DNA from: an uncultured Barnesiella sp.
Lineage (GTDB): Bacteria > Bacteroidota > Bacteroidia > Bacteroidales > Muribaculaceae
Direction: 5' to 3'
Length of the DNA: 64,000 nt
NCBI GenBank assembly: GCA_964544595.1
Contig: CAZJBM010000005.1
Span: forward strand, 1,324 to 65,323
Shown here: one piece after another, positions 1 through 8,715 of the stretch
How the letters are laid out: the number at the start of each line of letters is the position of its first letter
Numbering within the stretch: position 1 is the first letter of the stretch
Made by a program: the position numbers and the translations under genes
Notes under the pieces: model-generated
The model's input: only the letters and a program-made list of their open reading frames with translations
Database searches by the model: none
Told to the model about the DNA's origin: nothing

Positions 1-771
1 CTCCCGATCATTTTCGAGGAACCGAAGATCCCTTACCGCGAAACCATAACTAAGGCAGCCCGCGCCGATTATCGCCACAAGAAGCAATCGGGCGGCGCAG
101 GCCAGTTTGGTGAAGTTCACTTAATTATCGAGCCTTATACCGAAGGAATGCCCGCACCCGACACCTATAAGTTCGGCAACCAGGAGTTCAAGATGAGCGT
201 CCGCGACACTCAGGAGATACCTCTGGCATGGGGCGGCAAGCTCGTTGTATGCAACTGTATCGTAGGCGGCGCTATCGATGCCCGATTCATCCCCGCTATC
301 GTGAAGGGATTGATGGACCGCATGGAGCAAGGCCCCCTCACAGGCTCTTACGCCCGCGACGTGCGCGTTTGCATTTACGACGGCAAAATGCACCCGGTTG
401 ACTCCAACGAAATCTCATTCCGCCTCGCCGGCCGTAACGCCTTCTCTGAAGCGTTCCGCAACGCCAACCCCAAAGTGCTTGAACCGATCTACGACGTTGA
501 GGTAATGGTGCCCGGCGACGTGATGGGCGACGTGATGAGCGACCTCCAGAGCCGCCGCGCGATCATTATGGGTATGTCGTCGGAGAACGGCTTCGAGAAA
601 CTCGTCGCAAAAGTGCCTCTCAAAGAGATGTCAAGCTACTCGACTGCCCTCAGCTCAATCACCGGCGGACGCTCATCGTTCACAATGAAGTTTGCGGGCT
701 ACGAACTCGTTCCCGGCGACGTTCAGGAGAAACTTCTCAAAGAATACGCCGAAAAGAATCAGGATGAGTAA
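1..771 (+). CDS. fusA: Elongation factor G C-terminal part (domains IV-V), 5'-partial; probably the second Bacteroidales EF-G paralog
   Basis: Frame 1 is open from base 1 (LPIIFEEPKIPYRETITK...HKKQSGGAGQFGEV), with DGKMHPVDSNEISFRLA, VLEPIYDVEV and ITGGRSSFTMKF motifs; not inside an rpsL-rpsG-fusA-tuf operon. Confidence 0.9.
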   Translation, partial: LPIIFEEPKIPYRETITKAARADYRHKKQSGGAGQFGEVHLIIEPYTEGMPAPDTYKFGNQEFKMSVRDTQEIPLAWGGKLVVCNCIVGGAIDARFIPAIVKGLMDRMEQGPLTGSYARDVRVCIYDGKMHPVDSNEISFRLAGRNAFSEAFRNANPKVLEPIYDVEVMVPGDVMGDVMSDLQSRRAIIMGMSSENGFEKLVAKVPLKEMSSYSTALSSITGGRSSFTMKFAGYELVPGDVQEKLLKEYAEKNQDE

Positions 772-877
772 TCTGCATGAACGGGACATGAGCCTATTCA
801 TAGATGAATACTTCACACTGAAAGCCCACATACATTACACACGCATAATCACCTGCGTGTCAACTGTCTGAACTCAA

Positions 878-913
878 TCAATCAGGAGTTCCCGCATGGG
901 AGCTTCTGATTGA
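878..913 (+). terminator. 16-bp hairpin downstream of EF-G, weak U-tract
   Basis: tcaatcaggagttccc-gcat-gggagcttctgattga; both mismatches are G-U pairs on the + strand. Confidence 0.55.
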
Positions 914-943
914 CTCTATAAGTAACTATATCGTTAACCCGCT

Positions 944-1561
944 ATGGCCATATGCAACATATTTGGTATTGACCGTCATCGACTCACTACCGATGGCGAT
1001 GGCGTAACAACTTTAGTGCTACTTCATAAGTGCCCGCTTAATTGCAAGTATTGTATCAATCCGCAATGTCAATTATCGGCCGATATCTTTCCAAGCTATA
1101 ATTCGGCGGAACTTTACGATATTGTAAAAATCGACAACATATATTTCGCAGCCACGGGAGGCGGGATAACATTCGGCGGGGGAGAGCCTGCCATGTATCC
1201 GGGCTTTATTACTGACTTATGGGCACTATGCGGCGACGTATGGAAACTCAATATTGAGACTTCGCTAAATGTTCCCGAAGAAAACATCCGACAGCTACTA
1301 CCTGTTATCAATCATTGGTATATCGACGTGAAAGATATGAACCCTCAAATCTACCGAAATTACACTGGTACCACCAACGACCGCGTGCTTCTCAATCTTG
1401 GGATTCTTAAGGAGGCAAAGGCACAATCTAAAGTTACGATTCGCCTACCGCTAATTCCCGATTTCAACTCCGAGGACGACATTATAAAAAGCAAACTACA
1501 ACTCAAGCAATTAGGATTCGACAACTTTGATATTTTTCAATACATAATACCTTCGATATGA
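944..1561 (+). CDS. Radical SAM protein, PflA / glycyl-radical-activase-like
   Basis: CPLNCKYC (CxxxCxxC), GGGITFGGGEP, IETS, IRLPLIPDFN; stop overlaps the next ATG (ATGA at 1558-1561). Confidence 0.85.
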   Translation: MAICNIFGIDRHRLTTDGDGVTTLVLLHKCPLNCKYCINPQCQLSADIFPSYNSAELYDIVKIDNIYFAATGGGITFGGGEPAMYPGFITDLWALCGDVWKLNIETSLNVPEENIRQLLPVINHWYIDVKDMNPQIYRNYTGTTNDRVLLNLGILKEAKAQSKVTIRLPLIPDFNSEDDIIKSKLQLKQLGFDNFDIFQYIIPSI

Positions 1562-2709
1562 CCAGAGGAAAGCGCACTTGCAAAATACTAAAGGATATAC
1601 GCCGGCAAATAGCTGAAGCAAACGATATACAACTAATCACCTCTGAGTGCACATACAAAGGTGACTGTCTCGGCACATGCCCGCGATGCGAAGCCGAGGT
1701 AGAATATCTTGAAAAGGAATTGGGCAAGCGACGCCGTAATGGCAAACTGGTAGCTTTGGCCGGAATCTCCATCGGCCTCCTCTCAACGAATGCCTTTGCT
1801 CAATCTTGCAATATCAACCCGGAACAGAATAAAGCGAATTTAACTACCGACTCTATAAAAAACGTATCGACCAACGTAGCTCGACAAGAAGTGATTTTTG
1901 AAGACAAGATATTCGGAGCTGACCCCTGTGTGATGCCAACTTTCCCCAATGGGGAGGCTGCACTACAGAAATTTATATCAGAAAACGGCATCTATCCTCC
2001 TGAAGCCGCTGTCGACAGCATTTCAGGACGCGTGGTTGTTCAGTTTGTCATCAAAAAGGATGGCTCAATCGGGGAAATAAAAATAGGTAGAGGTAAGCAT
2101 GATTTACTGAATAGAGAAGCCGTTAAAGTAGTGCGTAAACTACCAAACTTTAATCCCGGAAGAATTCATAGAGTTCCGCAAGACGTATGGTTTACAATGC
2201 CTATAAATTTCGGACTTGGTAATAAGGGGACAATTCATCCTGACTCAACCCTGGTTGCCGAATACTTATCAAGCCCCGAAGGGAAGAAACATATTGAGAG
2301 GAAACAAAATTCAGCAACCGGAAATGTAAGCAATGCGACCAACGAATATCCTGTTGAAAAGCCTAAATACCCAGGGGGAACAGACGCATTGATTAAAGAC
2401 TTAAAAAACAGCATTAAATACCCCGTCAAGGCCCTTAAAGATAAAATTGAGGGAAAGGTTGCAATTGTTTTTCTCGTGCTACTCGACGGCACAATCGATG
2501 ATATAAAAGTAGAGAATGACGCTAATCCCATGCTTGAAGAAGAGGTTGTGAAAGCGATTAAGACTTTAAAGACATTCAAGCCTGCCGAACTTTATGGGAT
2601 TGTCAACGAGTCTCATATAAAACTGTCGGTAAATTTCACAATTAACAAGAAAGCCTCCACCTATTCAAAGAAAGCAGGCATAATTGATATAAAAGTAATA
2701 GAGAATTAG
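1558..2709 (+). CDS. TonB C-terminal domain protein (two TonB-C domains) with N-terminal Cys-rich leader and signal/TM segment
   Basis: PTFPNGEAALQKFI..YPPEA..GRVVVQFVIKKDG and PKYPGG..YPVKA..GKVAIVFLVLLDG repeats; leader C8, C31, C37, C41, C44; KRRR plus hydrophobic stretch ending AFA-Q. Confidence 0.8.
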   Translation: MTRGKRTCKILKDIRRQIAEANDIQLITSECTYKGDCLGTCPRCEAEVEYLEKELGKRRRNGKLVALAGISIGLLSTNAFAQSCNINPEQNKANLTTDSIKNVSTNVARQEVIFEDKIFGADPCVMPTFPNGEAALQKFISENGIYPPEAAVDSISGRVVVQFVIKKDGSIGEIKIGRGKHDLLNREAVKVVRKLPNFNPGRIHRVPQDVWFTMPINFGLGNKGTIHPDSTLVAEYLSSPEGKKHIERKQNSATGNVSNATNEYPVEKPKYPGGTDALIKDLKNSIKYPVKALKDKIEGKVAIVFLVLLDGTIDDIKVENDANPMLEEEVVKAIKTLKTFKPAELYGIVNESHIKLSVNFTINKKASTYSKKAGIIDIKVIEN

Positions 2710-2720
2710 TAAGTATCGAA

Positions 2721-5033
2721 ATGAAAAAGTATATAATCGGATTAATCACTTTATCATCGGCAATATCTGGCTATGCCATTGACGCGCCGCAGAGTCAGTC
2801 CGACAAGCCGCGAATCATCATATCAACCGATATTGGTGGCACCGACCCCGACGATAATCAGTCGATGACTCATCTACTAATGTACAACAACCTCTTCGAC
2901 ATAGAGGGAATCGTTTCGTCGCCTTCTTTTGGCAACGGCAGCAAGGAGGAAATCATACGCATGATTGAGCTTTACGCCAAAGACTACCCCAAGCTTGCCT
3001 CGCGTCAGGAGGGATTTCTCTCTCCCGATTCCCTTATCGCAATCTGCAAGCAGGGTAACAAAACCGCCGCCCCCTTTGCGGGATACTCATTACTGACCGA
3101 AGGGTCGCGACATATATCGGAGTGCGCGCTCAGGGAATCTGACCGACCTCTATGGATACTTGTGTGGGGCACGCTCGACGACCTCGCGCAAGCGCTCCAC
3201 GACACCCCTGAGATAGCTTCGCGCATTCGCGTATATTACATCGGCGGCCCGAATAAGAAGTGGGGGGCCGACAGTTATGCCTATATCGCTAAAAATTTCC
3301 CCAATCTTTTCTTCATCGAGAACAACGCGTCTTATCGCGGCTTCCCATCAAGCCCCAACGCCGAGGGAATTTTCCAAAAAGACTACTACGAGACTTTTAT
3401 GCGTGGCGCGGGAGCTTTAGGCGCGGACTTCAAGAAATACTACGACGGGGTGGTAAAAATGGGGGATTCGCCGTCGCTTTTCTATCTCATGAAAGGAGAT
3501 CACGATAACCCGGAGGCTGACTCATGGGGAGGCAGATTTGAGCGCATCAGCCACTCTCCCCGCCACCAATTCAAAATCTCGGATGGGGCAAAGAATACGG
3601 CAACCACGTATTCGATCGTTGAATTCACTTTCAATGGCCCTTCAGTCAAAATTCCTACTGACTCAGCCTGCGTGACGCTCCATATCGACAAACAGGATTG
3701 GCCGGGCTATTATGCGGGAAAAGGTAAATATATAATCCGCTACAGCCCGAAGGCCCCCGGCAACCTTGAGTACACTATCACTTCACCTTTGAATGGTTTC
3801 AAGACCATCAAAGGTGAGCTTAGGGTCGAAGGCACCTTTCCAGGAGAGAGATCTAAAAACGACTACCGACTGGGCAAAAATTGGTACACCGACGTGAGCG
3901 ACCCCGCAATGGCGTCGGGCAAATGGCAGGGCGCGAAAACTATCGGCGCGCACCGAGAGGAGATTTTAAGCGACTGGGTAGAGCGACTTAACTGGATAAA
4001 GGACGACAGCATGGCCAACGCCGGAAAGAAGTCGATAAGAGTCGCCGACAGCGAGTTTTTCAAGACCGAGGAGGCGCGCCGAATCGGCAATCAGATAATT
4101 GCCTATCAACGCGCCACAGGCGGCTGGCCCAAGAACATCAATATGTCGATACCTTTCTCGGCGACCGAAGCTCAGAGCATTCTCGCCGATAAGGGTAGAA
4201 CAGATGACTCGACTACCGACAACACCGCCACAACCACACAAATATACTATCTCGCCCGGCTTTATAACGCAACAGGCGATGACGTTTACCGTAAGGGGGC
4301 TGAAGACGGGATACGCTTTCTGCTCGCCGGACAATATGATAACGGCGGCTGGCCCCAATTCTGGCCTAATCCCCACGGATACCAGATCCACATCACCTTC
4401 AACGACGACGCTATGACCAACACAATGGCACTGCTCAACCGCGTTTCGCACTCAATGGAGCCCTTCGACACCGACATTATCAGCGACGAGCTGCGACAAT
4501 CATCTAAAACGGCATTTGACAAAGGAGTGGAATGTATTCTAAAATGCCAGATTAAAGTTGACGGGAAGCCGACTGTTTGGTGCCAACAGCACGACAGAGA
4601 CACATACGCCCCTGCACCTGCAAGAGCGTTCGAGTTAGCGTCCTACTGCTCCTCGGAGAGCTCTGCTATCGTTTGGTTGCTGATGGATATACCCGACCCT
4701 TCGCAAGAAATAATCGATGCGATCGATGGCGCGATGAGATGGTTTGAAAAGTATAAGATCGAGGGAATAAGAATTGGATCAGATGGCGAAATCGACGGCA
4801 AGAAGAATCATATAGTGGTCAACGACGAGGCGGCTGAGCCTATATGGGCGCGTTTTTACGACTTGGTTGAGTGTGAGCCTATGTTTTGCGACCGCGACGG
4901 CATACCGCGCAAATCAATGGCAGAGATCGGTCCTGAACGCCGCAACGGATATTCATGGTATTCCTACGGACCGTCGTATCTCTATCCCCGATATAATGAA
5001 TGGAAATCAAAATTGACAACTAAAGCTAAATGA
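2721..5033 (+). CDS. pelA: Secreted fusion: DUF1593 (nucleoside-hydrolase-like) domain + family PL10 pectate lyase
   Basis: Signal peptide; RIIISTDIGGTDPDDNQS (DUF1593); C-half GGWPKN, TTDNTAT, DNGGWPQF, ITFNDDAM, WCQQHD, WARFY (PL10). Confidence 0.8.
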   Translation: MKKYIIGLITLSSAISGYAIDAPQSQSDKPRIIISTDIGGTDPDDNQSMTHLLMYNNLFDIEGIVSSPSFGNGSKEEIIRMIELYAKDYPKLASRQEGFLSPDSLIAICKQGNKTAAPFAGYSLLTEGSRHISECALRESDRPLWILVWGTLDDLAQALHDTPEIASRIRVYYIGGPNKKWGADSYAYIAKNFPNLFFIENNASYRGFPSSPNAEGIFQKDYYETFMRGAGALGADFKKYYDGVVKMGDSPSLFYLMKGDHDNPEADSWGGRFERISHSPRHQFKISDGAKNTATTYSIVEFTFNGPSVKIPTDSACVTLHIDKQDWPGYYAGKGKYIIRYSPKAPGNLEYTITSPLNGFKTIKGELRVEGTFPGERSKNDYRLGKNWYTDVSDPAMASGKWQGAKTIGAHREEILSDWVERLNWIKDDSMANAGKKSIRVADSEFFKTEEARRIGNQIIAYQRATGGWPKNINMSIPFSATEAQSILADKGRTDDSTTDNTATTTQIYYLARLYNATGDDVYRKGAEDGIRFLLAGQYDNGGWPQFWPNPHGYQIHITFNDDAMTNTMALLNRVSHSMEPFDTDIISDELRQSSKTAFDKGVECILKCQIKVDGKPTVWCQQHDRDTYAPAPARAFELASYCSSESSAIVWLLMDIPDPSQEIIDAIDGAMRWFEKYKIEGIRIGSDGEIDGKKNHIVVNDEAAEPIWARFYDLVECEPMFCDRDGIPRKSMAEIGPERRNGYSWYSYGPSYLYPRYNEWKSKLTTKAK

Positions 5034-5341
5034 AAAGAAATTCAATCTGGACTTTATGCTGGGTTCTCCTGCTGATTGGAGTGATGACATGGGTGATGTT
5101 CGGCGTGCTTGACTCCCCTTTAGCGCCGGGCATCGCATTGATAGCCGCTTGCGTGCTGGGCAATCTTTTAATTCAGCCTCGCTGGGAAAAATACAGTCGG
5201 GAGGTAAAAGCAGACTATAGCCTGTCGAAAAAAGAGCGTTTTTTTCGGCAAGTAATGGGCTATGTTGTCTCTATGATATTGACTCTCGCCATCTTCGCGG
5301 CCGCATATCTTATATTGTGGCTGTGCGGAGTGCCGTCATAG
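5030..5341 (+). CDS. Hypothetical membrane protein (about 3 TM)
   Basis: 103-aa ORF with hydrophobic segments; 4-nt overlap with upstream stop. Confidence 0.65.
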   Translation: MKRNSIWTLCWVLLLIGVMTWVMFGVLDSPLAPGIALIAACVLGNLLIQPRWEKYSREVKADYSLSKKERFFRQVMGYVVSMILTLAIFAAAYLILWLCGVPS

Positions 5342-5353
5342 GCGGAGTCACTA

Positions 5354-6154
5354 CTAAGAGCCTGTCCCCCCTTTGGGCTGATTAGGGTTGTTGGCCTGCG
5401 ACTTGATGTAGTTTTTAACCTGCTGGAAGAGATTTGTGGCGAATACAAAGTCGTTTAAGGCCTCGTTTGAGGTGTCGAAAATAAGCTTATTGTCGCCTTG
5501 CCAGTCGCAGTAACCCTTGTTAATGAAGATGATGTTCTCGCCTATACCGAGCACAGAGTTCATATCGTGGGTATTGATAATGGTAGTGATATTATATTCA
5601 TGAGTAATATCACTCAGGAGCTCGTCGATCACGATAGACGTGCGAGGATCGAGTCCTGAATTAGGCTCGTCGCAGAAAAGATATTTAGGATTCAACGCGA
5701 TGGCGCGGGCAATGGCCACGCGCTTCTGCATACCGCCCGATATTTCCGACGGATATTTGTTTTCAGCCCCTACAAGATTCACGCGCTCGATGCAGAATTG
5801 GGCTCGCTCGCGGATTTCCTCGCGGCTCATGTCGGTGAACATGGTGAGAGGGAACGACACATTGCCCATCACTGTCTCAGAATCAAAAAGTGCCGACCCC
5901 TGAAACAGCATACCGATTTCCTTACGTATTTCGCGCGTCTCGGTAGCGTTCATCTTCATTATATCGCGCCCATCATAAAGTATCTGACCCTGCTCTGGAC
6001 GTATAAGGCCGATGAGCGATTTCATCAACACTGTCTTACCCGAACCGCTCTGACCGATGATGAGGTTGGTTTTACCCGTATAAAATGTTGCGGTGACATC
6101 GTGGAGCACGGTCTTATCTTCAAACGATTTTGTCACATTTTTTACTTCGATCAT
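5354..6154 (-). CDS. mlaF: ABC transporter ATP-binding protein, MlaF/Mkl family
   Basis: GQSGSGKT Walker A, ISGGMQKRVAIARA signature, LFCDEP; coupled to mlaE. Confidence 0.9.
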   Translation of the reverse strand: MIEVKNVTKSFEDKTVLHDVTATFYTGKTNLIIGQSGSGKTVLMKSLIGLIRPEQGQILYDGRDIMKMNATETREIRKEIGMLFQGSALFDSETVMGNVSFPLTMFTDMSREEIRERAQFCIERVNLVGAENKYPSEISGGMQKRVAIARAIALNPKYLFCDEPNSGLDPRTSIVIDELLSDITHEYNITTIINTHDMNSVLGIGENIIFINKGYCDWQGDNKLIFDTSNEALNDFVFATNLFQQVKNYIKSQANNPNQPKGGTGS

Positions 6155-6900
6155 TGGAGCAGAACTTTAGTGAGTATGACATCGAAAAGAAGAATCATAA
6201 TTGAGCTGGTAACTACGGCGTTGGTGCTCGCTTTGCCTACTTCGAGCGAGCCACCTTTCACGTAGTAACCGCAGTAGGAGGCAACCGACGAGATGATGAA
6301 CGCGAAAACAACCGACTTGATTATGCCGTACCATACATACCACTCATTGAACTGAGTCTGGATACCGTAGGTGAATTTCTGCACTGAAATAATATCGGTA
6401 AATATGGCAATGCAATAGCCGCCGAGCATCGCGGTGCCCATACAGAACACAACGAGGATAGGCACAAAGAAGAGGAAGGCGATGATTTTGGGCAACACCA
6501 GGAAATTGGCAGAATTGACACCCATAATGTCGAGTGCGTCGATCTGCTCGGTCACTCTCATGGTGCCTATCTCTGACGCGATGTTGGATCCGACTTTGCC
6601 GGCAAGAATCAGGCAAAGGATAGAGTTGGAGAACTCAAGGAGGATAATCTCGCGGGTAGCCAGACCAACGGAGTAGGCCGGCATGAGCGGCGAGGAGGTG
6701 TTCAACTGCATCTGAATTGTACATACCGCGCCGATGAAGAGCGAAACGATAACAACCAGCGGAATAGAGTCGACACCGAGTTTAGAAATCTCCGTGACGG
6801 TGCGCTTTCCGAAAATGCGCCAACGGTCGGGTATCGAAAACACGCGGCATATAAAGAGGCAATATTTGCCGAAATTTGATAACGATTTAGTCAGTAACAT
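6151..6900 (-). CDS. mlaE: MlaE family lipid ABC permease (start moved to ATG 6900)
   Basis: AGKVGSNIASEIGTMRVTEQIDALDIMG motif; minus-strand TAAATTTG at 6926-6933 favours the 6900 start. Confidence 0.9.
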   Translation of the reverse strand: MLLTKSLSNFGKYCLFICRVFSIPDRWRIFGKRTVTEISKLGVDSIPLVVIVSLFIGAVCTIQMQLNTSSPLMPAYSVGLATREIILLEFSNSILCLILAGKVGSNIASEIGTMRVTEQIDALDIMGVNSANFLVLPKIIAFLFFVPILVVFCMGTAMLGGYCIAIFTDIISVQKFTYGIQTQFNEWYVWYGIIKSVVFAFIISSVASYCGYYVKGGSLEVGKASTNAVVTSSIMILLFDVILTKVLLQ

Positions 6901-7077
6901 AGAAATTTTACGGGTAAACAACGCGCAAATTTACTAAATTCTTCGCAATAATGCTGAAATTTCCAATATTTCGGCATTATTTGCCACAGTAAATAATATT
7001 TCGGGGCGCAAAAATTTCTTGTGGCCGAAAAATTTGCTTAATTTCGTGGCGAAAATTCACATCTAATCCCTACGTTC

Positions 7078-7695
7078 ATGCTTATCATCGGTATAGCAGG
7101 TGGCACCGGCTCGGGTAAAACCACCGTAGTAAACAAGATAATCGACAGCTTTCCGGCAGGCGAAGTAGCCGTATTGCCGCAGGATAACTACTATAAGGAC
7201 TCAAGCCACGTTCCGGTGGAGGAAAGAAGCAAAATAAACTTTGACGAGCCGGCGGCAATCGAATGGTCGCTCCTGGTTGAACATCTTATGCAGCTCAAAG
7301 AGGGCAAGAGCATCGAGATGCCCACATACTCTTATCTTACCTGCACGCGCGGGCCTGAGACAATAAGGGTAGAGCCTCGCGACGTGGTTATTGTCGAAGG
7401 CATCCTCGTGCTGACCGACCCCACGCTGCGAAAGCTTATGGATGTGAAATGTTTTGTGGATGCAGAGGCCGACGAGCGACTTATCCGCGTGATCTCGCGC
7501 GACTGCGTTGAGCGCGGGCGCACGCCCAAAATGGTGATCGACCGCTATCAGGAAATCCTCAAACCGATGCATTGCATGTATATTGAACCGACCAAGCGTT
7601 TCGCCGACCTGATAATTCCGCAAGGCGGCACTAACACTGTAGCGATAGGGCTTTTGACCGATTATATCGACGGACGCCTCAAACGATCTAAATAA
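7078..7695 (+). CDS. udk: Uridine kinase
   Basis: IGIAGGTGSGKTT, DNYYKD, NFDEP, VIVEGIL, RDCVERGR. Confidence 0.95.
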   Translation: MLIIGIAGGTGSGKTTVVNKIIDSFPAGEVAVLPQDNYYKDSSHVPVEERSKINFDEPAAIEWSLLVEHLMQLKEGKSIEMPTYSYLTCTRGPETIRVEPRDVVIVEGILVLTDPTLRKLMDVKCFVDAEADERLIRVISRDCVERGRTPKMVIDRYQEILKPMHCMYIEPTKRFADLIIPQGGTNTVAIGLLTDYIDGRLKRSK

Positions 7696-7700
7696 ACGTC

Positions 7701-8630
7701 ATGGCACTTTCATTCCCATTCAAGAACAGAGATAAGGAGGACGAGGACATCCCCAAAATAAAATTTGAGGAGGAGGTGCTTGCCCCCTACGGAGATATGC
7801 CCCCGGCCGATAGACCTCTCGAAGACGCATTAGCAGTAGCGGCAGATGCAATCGAGGCAGTTGAGAACGTGGAGGCTGAAAAGCCGGCCAAGATGGTGCT
7901 TCGCACCGATAACCTCGTGAAACGATATGGCAACCGCACGGTGGTAAATCATGTTTCAATCAACGTCACGCAAGGGGAGATCGTCGGCCTTTTAGGCCCC
8001 AACGGAGCCGGGAAAACCACCACATTCTACATGACAACCGGATTGGTGCAGCCCAATGAGGGACAGATTTTCCTCAACGACCTAAATATCACCAATTACC
8101 CCGTATATAAACGCGCGCAAAACGGCATAGGCTATCTCGCGCAAGAGCCTTCGGTGTTCCGAAAAATGTCGGTAGAGGATAATATTCGCTCGGTGCTTCA
8201 GATGACGAAGCTCTCTAAGGCAGAGCAAAAAGATAAACTTGAAGAACTTATCAAGGATTTCAATCTCGCCAAAGTACGCAAAAACCTCGGCGACCAGCTA
8301 TCGGGTGGTGAACGGCGCCGTACGGAGATAGCCCGCTGCTTGGCCATCAGCCCTCACTTTATTATGCTCGACGAGCCTTTCGCCGGAGTTGACCCTATAG
8401 CTGTGGAGGAGATTCAAAATGTCGTTTACAGTCTTAAGAAGCGTAATATCGGTATTCTCATTACCGACCACAACGCTCCTGAAACCCTTTCGATCACCGA
8501 CCGCGCTTACCTACTGACCGAGGGACAAATTCTCTTTCAGGGTACATCGGAAGAGCTTGCCGAAAACCCAATTGTAAGGGAGAAATATCTCGGACGAAAC
8601 TTCCAATTCCATCGCAAACATTTCGACTAA
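7701..8630 (+). CDS. lptB: LPS export ABC ATPase with acidic N-terminal extension
   Basis: GLLGPNGAGKTT, IGYLAQEPSVF, LSGGERRRTEIAR, GILITDHN. Confidence 0.9.
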   Translation: MALSFPFKNRDKEDEDIPKIKFEEEVLAPYGDMPPADRPLEDALAVAADAIEAVENVEAEKPAKMVLRTDNLVKRYGNRTVVNHVSINVTQGEIVGLLGPNGAGKTTTFYMTTGLVQPNEGQIFLNDLNITNYPVYKRAQNGIGYLAQEPSVFRKMSVEDNIRSVLQMTKLSKAEQKDKLEELIKDFNLAKVRKNLGDQLSGGERRRTEIARCLAISPHFIMLDEPFAGVDPIAVEEIQNVVYSLKKRNIGILITDHNAPETLSITDRAYLLTEGQILFQGTSEELAENPIVREKYLGRNFQFHRKHFD

Positions 8631-8651
8631 TTGGTCATAACCCACATACAT

Positions 8652-8691
8652 TAAGAAACGGCTGAAATTCAATCTTTTCAGCCGTTTCTTA
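8652..8691. terminator. Bidirectional intrinsic terminator between convergent lptB and GH28
   Basis: Perfect 16-bp inverted repeat taagaaacggctgaaa / tttcagccgtttctta. Confidence 0.8.
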
Positions 8692-8715
8692 TATGATAGA
8701 AATGATTAGCGGGTT

